64,000 bases of DNA from an uncultured Desulfobacula sp. (GTDB taxonomy: Bacteria; Desulfobacterota; Desulfobacteria; Desulfobacterales; Desulfobacteraceae), in the NCBI GenBank assembly GCA_964619205.1, contig CAZUDE010000002.1, positions 61,420 to 125,419 of the forward strand, given 5' to 3'. Of the stretch, positions 1 to 10,196 are shown piece after piece; within the stretch, counting starts at the first letter, position 1, and every line of letters starts with the position of its first letter. The position numbers were made by a program, and so were the translations under genes. The notes beneath the pieces are model-generated. The model was not told where the DNA came from. It saw only the letters and a list, made by a program, of their open reading frames with translations, and did not search any database.

Positions 1-417
1 TTTTACAAAAACCTGAACCCGTTCTGGAAAATGCTGCTGGCCTTTGGCTTAACAGACGAAACCTTTGCCGTGGCTGTCAGACGCTACAATCAGAGGGATG
101 GCGGGCCAGGCAAGCAATACTACAATCTGGGCTCTGTCGTGTTTATGTATGCCAACTGGAATTTCTGCACTTTTATCGGGCTCACTGCCGGCAATTCTTT
201 CCCCGGGATATCCCAATGGGGGCTCGACTTTGCCATGCCTGCCACATTCATTGGCATCGTTATCCCTTATCTTGTTTCAAAACCCATGTGGGCTGCGGTG
301 ATTACCGCCGGAACGGTCTCCATCGCCGCCGCAGGACTTCCCCATAAGCTGGGATTGATGGCGGCTGCGATTGCCGGCGTTATTGTGGGGGTGATTTGTG
401 AAAAGTATTTACGGTGA
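1..417 (+). CDS. azlC: AzlC-family branched-chain amino acid exporter permease (5'-truncated by window edge)
   Basis: Frame open from base 1; LTDETFAVA and GLDFAMPATFIGIV motifs; hydrophobic; followed by an AzlD-like gene. Confidence 0.85.
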   Translation, partial: FYKNLNPFWKMLLAFGLTDETFAVAVRRYNQRDGGPGKQYYNLGSVVFMYANWNFCTFIGLTAGNSFPGISQWGLDFAMPATFIGIVIPYLVSKPMWAAVITAGTVSIAAAGLPHKLGLMAAAIAGVIVGVICEKYLR

Positions 418-429
418 AAAGGAGCTGAT

Positions 430-783
430 TTGAAAATTTTTAATATGGGTATTCAACTCAATGAAGTTTACATGATTGCGGGGATGGCTCTGGTGACTTT
501 TGCCATACGCTATGTCATGTTTCCGATTTCCGGGCGGTTTCGATTTCCCGAGCTGTTTGAGCGGGGACTCAGATATGTCCCGCCGGTGGTTCTGACAGCC
601 ATTATCGTGCCTTCGGTGCTCATGCCGACGGGGGAAACCCTTAATCTGAAGCTGAGCAATCCCTATCTCATTGGCGCCCTTGCCGCCTGTGTCATGGGGG
701 GAGTATTTAAAAACCTGCTGTTGACCATTGTGGTGAGCATGGTTGTTTTTCTGGGCTTTCAATGGGCCTTTTCCGTGGGTTGA
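430..783 (+). CDS. azlD: AzlD-family small membrane protein
   Basis: 117 aa, LRYVPPVVLTAII motif, directly after azlC, GGAG RBS before the TTG. Confidence 0.85.
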   Translation: MKIFNMGIQLNEVYMIAGMALVTFAIRYVMFPISGRFRFPELFERGLRYVPPVVLTAIIVPSVLMPTGETLNLKLSNPYLIGALAACVMGGVFKNLLLTIVVSMVVFLGFQWAFSVG

Positions 784-816
784 TAAAACCTTAAGAAATA
801 AATATAGTGATAAATT

Positions 817-2301
817 ATGAAAGTTCTGATCAGGATGTATCGGATAAAATGTTTTAACAAGACGGGGATATGCAGGCATCTGCCATGGACAGCTGCTGTG
901 CTGGCAGCCATGGTATTATCCGGCTGCGCCATGGTGGGGCCGGATTATAGCCCTCCGCAGGAAAAACCGCCTGAGTCATGGCACGGCAGATTGACGGGCG
1001 GAGTGACGCAAGCTGCGATGGCCCCGGAGATTCTTGCAAAATGGTGGTCCACGCTTAATGATCCCGTACTTTCAGGCTTTATGGAAAAGGCGGTTGCCAA
1101 CAATCCGAATATAGGTCAGGCCAAGGCCAGGATTCGCGAAGAACGGGCCCGGCGCAGCATCAGTCAGGCCGGTCTCTCCCCGACCCTTGATGCTTCCGGT
1201 TTCTATAGAAAAAGCGGCAGCAGCAGAGAAACAGGGAGCGGAAAAGAAACCGAGTTCTATTCGGCTGATTTTGATGCAGGCTGGGAACTGGATATTTTCG
1301 GAGGCGCCCGGCGGTCTTATGAAGCGGCAACAGCCGTGCTTGAAGCAAGCAAGGAAGATTTGCGGGATGTCCATGTCTCCCTTCTTGCCGAGGTGGCATT
1401 GAATTATACGGAAGTCCGGACCGTTCAGGCCAGGATTAAAGCTGCAAATAAAAACCTTGCCATCCAGGATCAGACGCATCAGATGGCTCAGTTTCTTTAT
1501 AATTCAGGATTATCAGGTGAGATTTCCATGCAGCAGGCAAAATATAACCTTGAGAACACCCGGTCACAGATTCCTTTGTTAAGGATTTCCCTTGAGGAAG
1601 CAAAAAATCGCATAGCAGTGCTTTTAGGAGAGACCCCCGGCTCGGTGCACGAGGCTTTAAAGGACAATGCCCCTATTCCGGCCTGCCCCCCGGAGATTGC
1701 CGTCGGTGTCCCGGCAGATGTGCTGAGGCAAAGACCCGATATTCGGCGGGCAGAGAGAAAGCTTGCAGCACAGAGTGCAAGAATAGGGGCAGCCACTGCA
1801 GAACTCTATCCAAAACTGAGCCTTTCCGGCTCCATCGGCTTTGAAGCCCTTGATGCCGGCAGATTGATTTCAAGGGGAAGCAGGAACTATGGATTTGGGC
1901 CTCGAATAACATGGCCGATTTTCAGGGCAGGCGCCATAAGGAGCAATATTGAAGTACAGTCCGCCCTGCAGGAAGAATTGCTCAGCGCATATGAATCCGC
2001 AGTTCTCAATGCCCTTGGTGAAGTTGAAAACCACCTGGTGACCTATATGGAGGAACAAAACCGGAGGCAGTCTTTGAGTGAAGCAAGACAGGCTGCAATG
2101 CGGGCTGTTGATCTTGCTCAAAACCAGTATCAGGCCGGGATGACCGATTTTAAAAACGTTCTGGATGCCGAGAGATCACTTTTATCATTTGATGAAAATC
2201 TTATCCAGTGTGAAGGAAATATTATATCCAGCCTGGTGCGGCTTTATAAAGCGCTCGGCGGAGGCTGGACTTCCATGGCTGAAGACCATGGCAGGCCTTA
2301 A
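817..2301 (+). CDS. Efflux outer-membrane lipoprotein, TolC/OprM (NodT) family
   Basis: Lipobox VLSGC, WELDIFG, RPDIRRAERKLAA and LYKALGGGW motifs. Confidence 0.93.
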   Translation: MKVLIRMYRIKCFNKTGICRHLPWTAAVLAAMVLSGCAMVGPDYSPPQEKPPESWHGRLTGGVTQAAMAPEILAKWWSTLNDPVLSGFMEKAVANNPNIGQAKARIREERARRSISQAGLSPTLDASGFYRKSGSSRETGSGKETEFYSADFDAGWELDIFGGARRSYEAATAVLEASKEDLRDVHVSLLAEVALNYTEVRTVQARIKAANKNLAIQDQTHQMAQFLYNSGLSGEISMQQAKYNLENTRSQIPLLRISLEEAKNRIAVLLGETPGSVHEALKDNAPIPACPPEIAVGVPADVLRQRPDIRRAERKLAAQSARIGAATAELYPKLSLSGSIGFEALDAGRLISRGSRNYGFGPRITWPIFRAGAIRSNIEVQSALQEELLSAYESAVLNALGEVENHLVTYMEEQNRRQSLSEARQAAMRAVDLAQNQYQAGMTDFKNVLDAERSLLSFDENLIQCEGNIISSLVRLYKALGGGWTSMAEDHGRP

Positions 2302-2327
2302 GTCTTAAAGAACAGGAAATTATAATC

Positions 2328-3620
2328 ATGGATAGCACAAAGACCGGAAAAAATGCCGATATTTCAGAAATCCTGTCCGCGGGTTCAGGTCCCGGACGTG
2401 GCCGACGATTACTGGGCAAGGCTGCCTGGCTTATCCTTGCAGCAGCAATCATAGTTGTCGCCATCCGATGGGGAACAGGCAAAAGAGACGATAAGACGGA
2501 ATATAAAACTGAAACAGTCCGGGAAGGAAGTCTTGTTGTCACTGTTGCAGCCACCGGAACCCTGCAACCCACAAACCAGGTTGACGTCGGTTCCGAGCTG
2601 TCAGGGATTATCAGAACCGTGGAAGTCGATTTCAACGACAGGGTTCAGACCGGGCAGATACTGGCAAGGCTTGACACTGTTAAGCTTGAAACGCAGGTTC
2701 AGCAATACAAAGCCTCCCTTGAGTCGGTCTCTGCCAAAGTGATGCAGGTGCAGGCAACCGTTCGGGAGACCGGAAATGAACTGTCCCGGATCAAGGAATC
2801 CAGAAAATTGAGCGGCAACAGGGTGCCCTCCCAACATGACCTTGATGCTGCCAAGGCAGCCCATGAACGCGCCCTGGCCGATGAAGCTGCTGCAAGGGCT
2901 TCGGTATCCCAGGCAAAGGCGGCGCTCAAGACATTTGAGACGGATTTGTCAAAAACAATCATCTATTCCCCCATTAACGGCATTGTCCTGAAGCGGTCCA
3001 TCGAACCGGGCCAGACCGTTGCGGCATCTTTGCAGGCACCGATTTTATTTACACTTGCGGAAGATCTCACCCAAATGGAATTATGGGTGGATATAGATGA
3101 AGCAGATGTGGGACGTGTGAAAAAAGGTCAGAACGCCGTCTTTACAGTGGATGGCTATCCGGATACATCCTTTCCGGCAACAATCAAACAGGTCCGGTAC
3201 GGATCGAAAATAGTCAGCGGTGTTGTCACCTATCAGGCCATACTGAGCGTTTCCAACCCGGATATATTGCTGAGGCCGGGAATGACGGCAACCGTGAAAA
3301 TTACGGTAAATGAAATTGAAAAAGCGGTTCTAGTGCCCAATGCGGCATTGCGTTACACCCCGCCGGTAAAAGAAAGTGCACCTTCAGCTAAAAACGACAG
3401 CATTATCGGCAAACTTTTTCCCAGACCCCAGAGACCCCGGCCGCCGCAAAAAGAGATGTCAAAAACCGATAAAAACAAATCAAGGGTCTGGACCTTGAAA
3501 CAAGGGCAGCCTCTTGAAATTCAGGTTGTCACAGGAGAGAGCGACGGGATCATGACCGTAGTAACCGGCCATGATGTGATACCGGGAACGGTTTTGATTG
3601 TCGATACCATAAGGAACTGA
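2328..3620 (+). CDS. macA: Efflux periplasmic adaptor (MacA-like membrane fusion protein)
   Basis: N-terminal TM, VDVGSELSG, IYSPINGIV, LRPGMTATV, VLVPNAALRY. Confidence 0.9.
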   Translation: MDSTKTGKNADISEILSAGSGPGRGRRLLGKAAWLILAAAIIVVAIRWGTGKRDDKTEYKTETVREGSLVVTVAATGTLQPTNQVDVGSELSGIIRTVEVDFNDRVQTGQILARLDTVKLETQVQQYKASLESVSAKVMQVQATVRETGNELSRIKESRKLSGNRVPSQHDLDAAKAAHERALADEAAARASVSQAKAALKTFETDLSKTIIYSPINGIVLKRSIEPGQTVAASLQAPILFTLAEDLTQMELWVDIDEADVGRVKKGQNAVFTVDGYPDTSFPATIKQVRYGSKIVSGVVTYQAILSVSNPDILLRPGMTATVKITVNEIEKAVLVPNAALRYTPPVKESAPSAKNDSIIGKLFPRPQRPRPPQKEMSKTDKNKSRVWTLKQGQPLEIQVVTGESDGIMTVVTGHDVIPGTVLIVDTIRN

Positions 3621-4348
3621 TGACAGTGTTGACGCCTCGTACATCCGACAGCCGCACCCCGGTGATTGAACTCAATGCCGTGACAAGGAAATATGGCACG
3701 GGCACGGCAGAGGTCAGCGCGCTCCAGGGGATTGATGTGACCATTGACCATGGGGATTTTGTTGCCGTGATGGGCCCCAGCGGGTCCGGCAAATCCACCT
3801 GCATGAATATCCTGGGCTGTCTGGATACCCCTTCATCAGGCATATACCGGTTTAAGGGCATTGATGTCGGAACACTGTCACGGGACCAGCGCGCACTTTT
3901 GCGGCGCCACTATCTTGGGTTTGTGTTCCAGGGATTTAATCTTTTAAACCGGACATCGGCCCTTGAGAATGTCGAACTTCCTCTGATCTACCGGGGAACC
4001 GCTGCAAAGGAACGCCGTCAGAGGGCTGAAAAAGCCCTCGCATCAGTGGGCCTCGCCGGCTGGGAAACCCATACCCCGGCAGAGTTGTCCGGCGGGCAGC
4101 AGCAGCGGGTTGCCATTGCCCGGGCCATTGTGACGGACCCCTTTGTTCTCTTTGCCGATGAACCCACAGGAAATCTGGATTCGGCGCGCAGCCGTGAGAT
4201 CATGGAACTGATTACGGCGTTTAACCGTGACCGCGGACTTACCGTGGTCATGGTAACCCATGATGCCGTCATGGCCTCCTATGCAAAAAGGATGATTTGC
4301 TTCAGGGACGGATTCATTGAAAAACTAAAAGAAAACGGGGACCAATGA
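3620..4348 (+). CDS. ABC transporter ATP-binding protein (MacB/LolD-type)
   Basis: Walker A GPSGSGKS, LSGGQQQRVAIARA, FADEPTGNLD. Confidence 0.95.
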   Translation: MTVLTPRTSDSRTPVIELNAVTRKYGTGTAEVSALQGIDVTIDHGDFVAVMGPSGSGKSTCMNILGCLDTPSSGIYRFKGIDVGTLSRDQRALLRRHYLGFVFQGFNLLNRTSALENVELPLIYRGTAAKERRQRAEKALASVGLAGWETHTPAELSGGQQQRVAIARAIVTDPFVLFADEPTGNLDSARSREIMELITAFNRDRGLTVVMVTHDAVMASYAKRMICFRDGFIEKLKENGDQ

Positions 4349-5559
4349 TGTTTCTTGAAACCGTCCTCATTGCCATGCGGGAAATCCGGCGAAATGTCAT
4401 GCGCTCCTCTCTTACGATTCTCGGGATTGTCATCGGCGTTGCAGCCGTTATTACCATGGTGACGGTCGGGGATGGCGCAACAAAACAGGTGGCCAATGAA
4501 ATATCAAGCCTTGGCAGCAACCTGCTTGATGTTCGTCCCGGTCAGAGTTTCCGGGGGCCGGGCGGAACCCGTTCCGGCGCTCCGATGTTTAAGATGGCCG
4601 ATGCAGAAGCCGTTGCAAGAGAAATTACCGGACTGGCCGGTGTCGCGCCTGTCACCAGCCGGGCGGTTCAGGCCATTCACGGGAACGACAATTGGGTGAC
4701 ACAGATTGCCGGAAGCACCAATGACTATCTCAAGGTCAGAAACTGGACCCTTGCCGGCGGACGCCTGTTCAATGAAGGCGAATTAAAGGGAGGGGCGGCT
4801 GTCTGCATTATCGGCGATACCATCAGAAAACAGTTTTTTGGCGCCCAGGACCCCGTCGGAAACACCATCCGTCTTGAAAAAATTTCCTGTCAGATCATCG
4901 GCATATTAAAACCCAAGGGGCAATCCGGTTTTGGAACGGATCAGGATGATTTTGTTCTCATGCCCCTGAAGACTGTTCAGCGGAGGATTACCGGTAACAC
5001 GGATATCTATTTTATCTCGGTATCGGCCATGGACGGGGTTTCAACGGAAAAGGTAAAGTCGGACATTGAACGTTTGATGCGGGAGCGGCGGCAGACCGGG
5101 AAAAATGAGGAGGATGATTTTAATGTCAGGGATATGCAGGAAATCGTCAAAACACTCACCGGAACAACCCGTCTGCTGACGACACTTCTTGGTGCCGTGG
5201 CTGCCGTCAGCCTTCTTGTGGGGGGAATCGGCATCATGAACATCATGCTGGTTTCGGTTACGGAGCGAACCCGCGAAATCGGCATCCGGCTTGCCATCGG
5301 CGCCATGGAGAAGCAGGTTCTCATGCAGTTTCTCATCGAGGCGGTGGTTCTTTCCTGTTTTGGCGGTATCATTGGAATCATTCTCGGCATTGCCGCATCT
5401 GTGGCAGGGGCAGGGGCCCTGAAGGTGCCTTTTATCCTGAACATGGGAATTGTTGTTGTTTCATTTGTATTTTCAGCCGGTGTAGGGGTTGTCTTTGGAT
5501 ATTTTCCGGCCAGAAAGGCGGCCCACCTTGATCCCATCGAAGCCCTCCGCCACGAATAA
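4345..5559 (+). CDS. ABC transporter permease (MacB/FtsX-type)
   Basis: RSSLTILGIVIGV, GGIGIMNIMLVSVTERTREIGIR, PARKAAHLDPIEALRHE. Confidence 0.95.
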   Translation: MMFLETVLIAMREIRRNVMRSSLTILGIVIGVAAVITMVTVGDGATKQVANEISSLGSNLLDVRPGQSFRGPGGTRSGAPMFKMADAEAVAREITGLAGVAPVTSRAVQAIHGNDNWVTQIAGSTNDYLKVRNWTLAGGRLFNEGELKGGAAVCIIGDTIRKQFFGAQDPVGNTIRLEKISCQIIGILKPKGQSGFGTDQDDFVLMPLKTVQRRITGNTDIYFISVSAMDGVSTEKVKSDIERLMRERRQTGKNEEDDFNVRDMQEIVKTLTGTTRLLTTLLGAVAAVSLLVGGIGIMNIMLVSVTERTREIGIRLAIGAMEKQVLMQFLIEAVVLSCFGGIIGIILGIAASVAGAGALKVPFILNMGIVVVSFVFSAGVGVVFGYFPARKAAHLDPIEALRHE

Positions 5560-5670
5560 CCCTATCGGGCAATCCCCTGGCTTTTTAATCAGCTTTTTGG
5601 CCCCGGCCCCTGAATCTCGGATTAATTTTGGATGGGCGTCCAGGGAAAAGCAAATTTTTCTTTTATTTTT

Positions 5671-5690
5671 TACGATACTAAGATATCGTA
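5671..5690. promoter_or_regulatory. Palindromic candidate operator TACGATA-N6-TATCGTA upstream of the MCP gene
   Basis: Perfect 7-bp inverted arms in an AT-rich intergenic region about 120 bp upstream of the MCP start. Confidence 0.4.
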
Positions 5691-5813
5691 CTGGATCAAG
5701 GTCACAATTTTTTCAAGGTTTTATAAAATTTATTCATTTTAGAGCGGATCAAAAGCGTTAAACTTTTGAGATAAGTCAGAAGATTGATTCTATCACTAAG
5801 GAGAGCGATTAAC

Positions 5814-7820
5814 ATGGACATGCTGAAAAATTTTACACTTAAGGCAAAATTAATTTGTGGATTTACCATTGTTCTGGTGCTGCTGGTGATTATTTCCGGG
5901 GTCAGCTATTTTGCATTGACCGAATCAAACAACGGATTTGAAAACTACAGTGAAATGGCAAGGGACAGTAATCTTTCCGGCCGGCTGCAGGCCGACATGC
6001 TCATGGTCCGGATGAATGTAAAGGATTTTATCATTACCGGAAGCGAAAAGGACGAAAAACAATACCAGGAGTATCATGACAGAATGACTGCCCTGATCGA
6101 GACTGCGAAAAAAGAAATCCAGAAACCGGAAAGGGCACAAAAAATTAAATTCATTGAAAACGAAGTGGATGACTACCATGAAGGATTCATGAAAATCGTT
6201 GAAATGAAAAATCAGAGAAACCATCTCTTTTTTGATATCCTGGACAAGGACGGCAGATCCATGGAAGAAAAACTGACCCGGATCATGACCTCTGCGGATA
6301 AGGATAATGATATTGAAGCTGCTTTCGAGGCAGGCCTTTCGCTTCGAAGCCTTTTGCTGGCAAGGCTTTATGTCACCCGGTTTCTGGAGACCAATGACCA
6401 GAAGGATGCCGATAGGGTGAATCTGGAAATTGAGGAACTGGAAAAGCATTTGAAATCCCTGGCTGCGCATCTTGAGAATCCGGAAAGAAAAAAACTGCTC
6501 CAGGAAATCAATGAAGCGGATAACGAATACCATAAAAGCTTTAATGAACTGGTTAAATTGATTTTTGAACGCAATCATATCATCTCGGGAACCCTGGACA
6601 GAATAGGACCTGAAATTGCTGCTGCCGTGGAATATGTGGCAACAGATATTAAAAAAGTTCAGGATGAAATCGGCCCCAGGCTTGAGGCGTCCAACAACCG
6701 GGCAGAGGGATTGATTCTGGTTTTGAGTATTTTTGCAGTTATTTCCGGCGGAATCTTTGTTTTTTTTCTTACCAAAAATGTGTTAAAACAACTGGGCTGT
6801 GATCCTTCCGTTTTGGCAGACATTGCCCGGAATATTTCCGAAGGGAATCTGCGGATATCATTTGAGGAACAGGGGAAAAATAAGATTCAAGGCGTGTATA
6901 AAGATATGGAAATCATGGCTGAAAAATTACGCAGAATGCTCAAGGATGTCACGGAAGGGGTAGGGACTTTGGCCTCTTCTTCCACAGAACTGTCTGCAAT
7001 ATCCGGTCAGATCACTTTGAATTCCGAGACAACCGTTGAAAAATCAAGTACTGTTGCCGCTGCTGCCGAAGAAATGAGCACTAATATGAACAGCGTGGCA
7101 GCTGCAACGGAACAGGCAACCGTTAATTTCCAGATGATTGTGTCTGCTGCCGAAGAGATGTCGGCAACCATCCAGGAAATTTCAAAGAATACGTCAAAGG
7201 GGAGCCAGATCACACAGAGCGCTGTTGAGAATGCCCGTGAAGCATCAGGAAAGGTGGACAATCTGGGCCGGGCGGCAAAGGAAATCACAAAAGTGACTGA
7301 AACCATTGCAGACATTTCCGAACAGACCAATCTTCTGGCCTTGAATGCCACCATTGAAGCGGCAAGGGCAGGGGAAGCCGGTAAAGGATTTGCCGTTGTG
7401 GCAGGCGAAATAAAAGCACTGGCCCTGCAGACCGCTCAGGCCACCAGCGAAATCAACCTGAAGATTTCCGGGGTACAGGATACATCAAGGGAAGCTGCAA
7501 CCGCGATTGAATCCATCGTGGGCATTATCAATGAGATTGATGAAATTGTCACCACGGTTGCCACTGCTGTTGAAGAGCAGTCTGCCACGACCCGTGAGAT
7601 TTCCAATAATGTTGCCCAGGCAGTAAGCGGAATACAGGAGGTCAATGACAATATGAACCAGATCTCTGCTGTTACAGGAGAAGTCACGCAGAATATTTCA
7701 GACGTGAGTCAGGCGGCCGAAGAAACCAGTTCCGGCAGCCGGCAGGTAAACGAGAGCGCCTTGGAATTGTCAAAACTGGCTGAGAAATTAAATCAGATGA
7801 CAGCTCAGTTCAAACTCTGA
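5814..7820 (+). CDS. Methyl-accepting chemotaxis protein
   Basis: Two TM segments around a periplasmic domain; [37 protein letters not shown] signalling hairpin; start chosen from the GGAG RBS (ORF open from 5784). Confidence 0.95.
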   Translation: MDMLKNFTLKAKLICGFTIVLVLLVIISGVSYFALTESNNGFENYSEMARDSNLSGRLQADMLMVRMNVKDFIITGSEKDEKQYQEYHDRMTALIETAKKEIQKPERAQKIKFIENEVDDYHEGFMKIVEMKNQRNHLFFDILDKDGRSMEEKLTRIMTSADKDNDIEAAFEAGLSLRSLLLARLYVTRFLETNDQKDADRVNLEIEELEKHLKSLAAHLENPERKKLLQEINEADNEYHKSFNELVKLIFERNHIISGTLDRIGPEIAAAVEYVATDIKKVQDEIGPRLEASNNRAEGLILVLSIFAVISGGIFVFFLTKNVLKQLGCDPSVLADIARNISEGNLRISFEEQGKNKIQGVYKDMEIMAEKLRRMLKDVTEGVGTLASSSTELSAISGQITLNSETTVEKSSTVAAAAEEMSTNMNSVAAATEQATVNFQMIVSAAEEMSATIQEISKNTSKGSQITQSAVENAREASGKVDNLGRAAKEITKVTETIADISEQTNLLALNATIEAARAGEAGKGFAVVAGEIKALALQTAQATSEINLKISGVQDTSREAATAIESIVGIINEIDEIVTTVATAVEEQSATTREISNNVAQAVSGIQEVNDNMNQISAVTGEVTQNISDVSQAAEETSSGSRQVNESALELSKLAEKLNQMTAQFKL

Positions 7821-8821
7821 TGATAATGGATTTGACGGATAAAAACCAGGCCGCATCAAAAGGAAAAAATATGGAAAAAACCGACCTCCTTTTTGCCCAC
7901 GACCTTTACATGAGATTATCCGAGAATATCGAAACCGTAATCAAAGGCCAGAAGGAAAATATCCGCTATATCCTGGCCGGGTTTGCCGGCAGCGGGCATA
8001 TCCTTCTGGAAGACAATCCGGGAACAGGAAAAACCACCTTGGCCAAGGCGCTTGCCAAAAGCATGGATGCCCGGTTCAAACGCATCCAGTTTACTCCGGA
8101 TCTGTTGCCTTCGGATATCCTGGGGGTTTCCATCTTTGACCCGGCCAAAAAAGAGTTCAAGCTTCATAAGGGTCCGGTTTTTACCCATATTCTCCTGGCC
8201 GATGAGATCAACCGGGCCTCCCCGAGAACCCAGTCTGCGCTCCTGGAAGCCATGGCAGAGGGACAGGTGAGCATTGACGGCAGCCTTTTGAATCTGGAAG
8301 ATCTCTTTTTTGTCATTGCCACCCAGAATCCTGTTGAATCCAGAGGGACCTATCCTTTGCCCGAGGCCCAGATGGACCGGTTTGCCATGCAGCTTGAGCT
8401 TGGGTATGTAACAAGGGAAACCGAAGCACTGGTGTTGTCCGAACAGGGCCAAACCCATCCCATTCACCGGGTCTTGCCCTGCATGACCCTGGAAGAGGGC
8501 ATGAAACTTCGCAGGCTGGCAGGAGAGGTTTTTATTTCAAAAGAATTAAAAGACTATATTGTCACCCTTGTGACGACAACCCGGGAAAAACCCGGAGTTC
8601 TTCTCGGCGCAAGCCCAAGGGCCTCCATTGCGCTCATGAAGATCGCCCAGGCCCTGGCGCTTTTTGATAAAATGGACTTTGTCGGGCCGGATCATATTCA
8701 GGAAATAGCCGTCCGTGTCATTGCCCACAGGCTTATTTTAGACCCAAAGCTGAAGTTTTCCGGCGTATCCTCCCGGACCCTTGTGGAAGAGATATTAACA
8801 TCCGTTCCTGTCCCGGTATAA
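7820..8821 (+). CDS. MoxR-family AAA+ ATPase
   Basis: LEDNPGTGKT, RIQFTPDLLPSDI, LADEINRASPRTQSALLEAM, YPLPEAQMDRF; alternative start 7871. Confidence 0.95.
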   Translation: MIMDLTDKNQAASKGKNMEKTDLLFAHDLYMRLSENIETVIKGQKENIRYILAGFAGSGHILLEDNPGTGKTTLAKALAKSMDARFKRIQFTPDLLPSDILGVSIFDPAKKEFKLHKGPVFTHILLADEINRASPRTQSALLEAMAEGQVSIDGSLLNLEDLFFVIATQNPVESRGTYPLPEAQMDRFAMQLELGYVTRETEALVLSEQGQTHPIHRVLPCMTLEEGMKLRRLAGEVFISKELKDYIVTLVTTTREKPGVLLGASPRASIALMKIAQALALFDKMDFVGPDHIQEIAVRVIAHRLILDPKLKFSGVSSRTLVEEILTSVPVPV

Positions 8822-8837
8822 GAATGGTTTTTTAACC

Positions 8838-10196
8838 ATGACGGCAGCAAGGTTTTTATACCGGTCCTATTCTTTTTTTTATTCAGTTTCGTTTTGGCTG
8901 AAAAGGCATATTACGCCCGCCGGAATCATGATGACGATTATTTTTTCTGTGACCATGATCTCCGGGCTTAACATGTTTAAAACCACCCTTTACCAGGTTA
9001 TGACCGTCAGCTTTGCCGTTCTTTGTGTTTCAGCAGGCTTAAGCCTGATCCCTTTCAGGCTCAAGGCAAGGGTCAGGCATATCCTTCCTGAGTATGCCAC
9101 CGTAGGGGAAACGGTTTTTTATTCAATCGAAATCACCAATCTGACCCTGAAACCCCAGAAAGGGATCATCCTTTTTGAAGACACGGCTGATCCAAGACCG
9201 GATCTCAGCACCCTTTTGACACAAAAAGAGCCCTATGAGCATATAAGAAACGCCTGGGACAGGAAAACCCTGTATTACCGCTGGGTGTGGCTCTGTCTCA
9301 AAGCATCAAAGGCAAGGTTTCAGCCCATAAACCTGCCGGATCTCCTGCCCGGGGAAACCATCCGGGTTACATCCAAGTTTGTCCCCAATTATCGGGGATA
9401 TATCCATTTTACCGGGATAACCCTTGCAAGGCCGGATACTCTGGGGCTGTTCATGAGGCTTTTTCATATTAAAAAGATGGAAAAACTTCTGGTGCTGCCA
9501 AAGCGATACCCCATTTCACCGCCGGATTTAAGATCGCGGCGTCAATACCATGCCGGAGGGGTGAATCTTGCCTCCTCCATTGGAAATTCAGATGAATTCA
9601 TGTCGCTTCGGTATTACCGGCCCGGAGACCCCATGCGCAATATCCACTGGCGGACCTTTGCCAGAACCGGTGAACTCGTGATAAAGGAATTCGAGGATGA
9701 GTTTTTTGTGCGGCATGCCTTAATCCTGGATACTTTTGTCTCCCCGGAAAAAGATGATGTTTTTGAAGAAGCCGTAAGCATTGCCGCTTCCTATGCGGCT
9801 GCCGTGGAGCCCCGCGATGCCATCCTGGATCTGATATTTGCAGGCCAAAAGGTTTATTCTTTTTCATCGGGCAGGGGGCTTGGCAGCTCTGAAAAAATGC
9901 TTGAGGTGCTTTCCTGTGTGGAACCCTGCCAGGATAAAACCCTCCTGGAACTCAAACCCGTCCTTGAATCCGGTTTAAAGAAAATATCCGGGGCCATCTG
10001 CATTTTTTCAGGCTGGGAAAAAGCGCATGAAGACATATCCCGTATGATTCATGAGTCCCGGGTGCCTGCCTTTATCATTGTTCTTGCCGGGGACGATTCA
10101 CAAAAAGAGGATATCCTCGAAAAAACCCGGAATGCTTATCAGGAGATCCGGGTGGTCCGGGCGGGAAAAGTTTTGGAGGAGCTTTCAACCCTATGA
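8838..10196 (+). CDS. DUF58 domain-containing protein
   Basis: EFMSLRYYRPGDPMRNIHWRTFAR motif; follows MoxR. Confidence 0.9.
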   Translation: MTAARFLYRSYSFFYSVSFWLKRHITPAGIMMTIIFSVTMISGLNMFKTTLYQVMTVSFAVLCVSAGLSLIPFRLKARVRHILPEYATVGETVFYSIEITNLTLKPQKGIILFEDTADPRPDLSTLLTQKEPYEHIRNAWDRKTLYYRWVWLCLKASKARFQPINLPDLLPGETIRVTSKFVPNYRGYIHFTGITLARPDTLGLFMRLFHIKKMEKLLVLPKRYPISPPDLRSRRQYHAGGVNLASSIGNSDEFMSLRYYRPGDPMRNIHWRTFARTGELVIKEFEDEFFVRHALILDTFVSPEKDDVFEEAVSIAASYAAAVEPRDAILDLIFAGQKVYSFSSGRGLGSSEKMLEVLSCVEPCQDKTLLELKPVLESGLKKISGAICIFSGWEKAHEDISRMIHESRVPAFIIVLAGDDSQKEDILEKTRNAYQEIRVVRAGKVLEELSTL

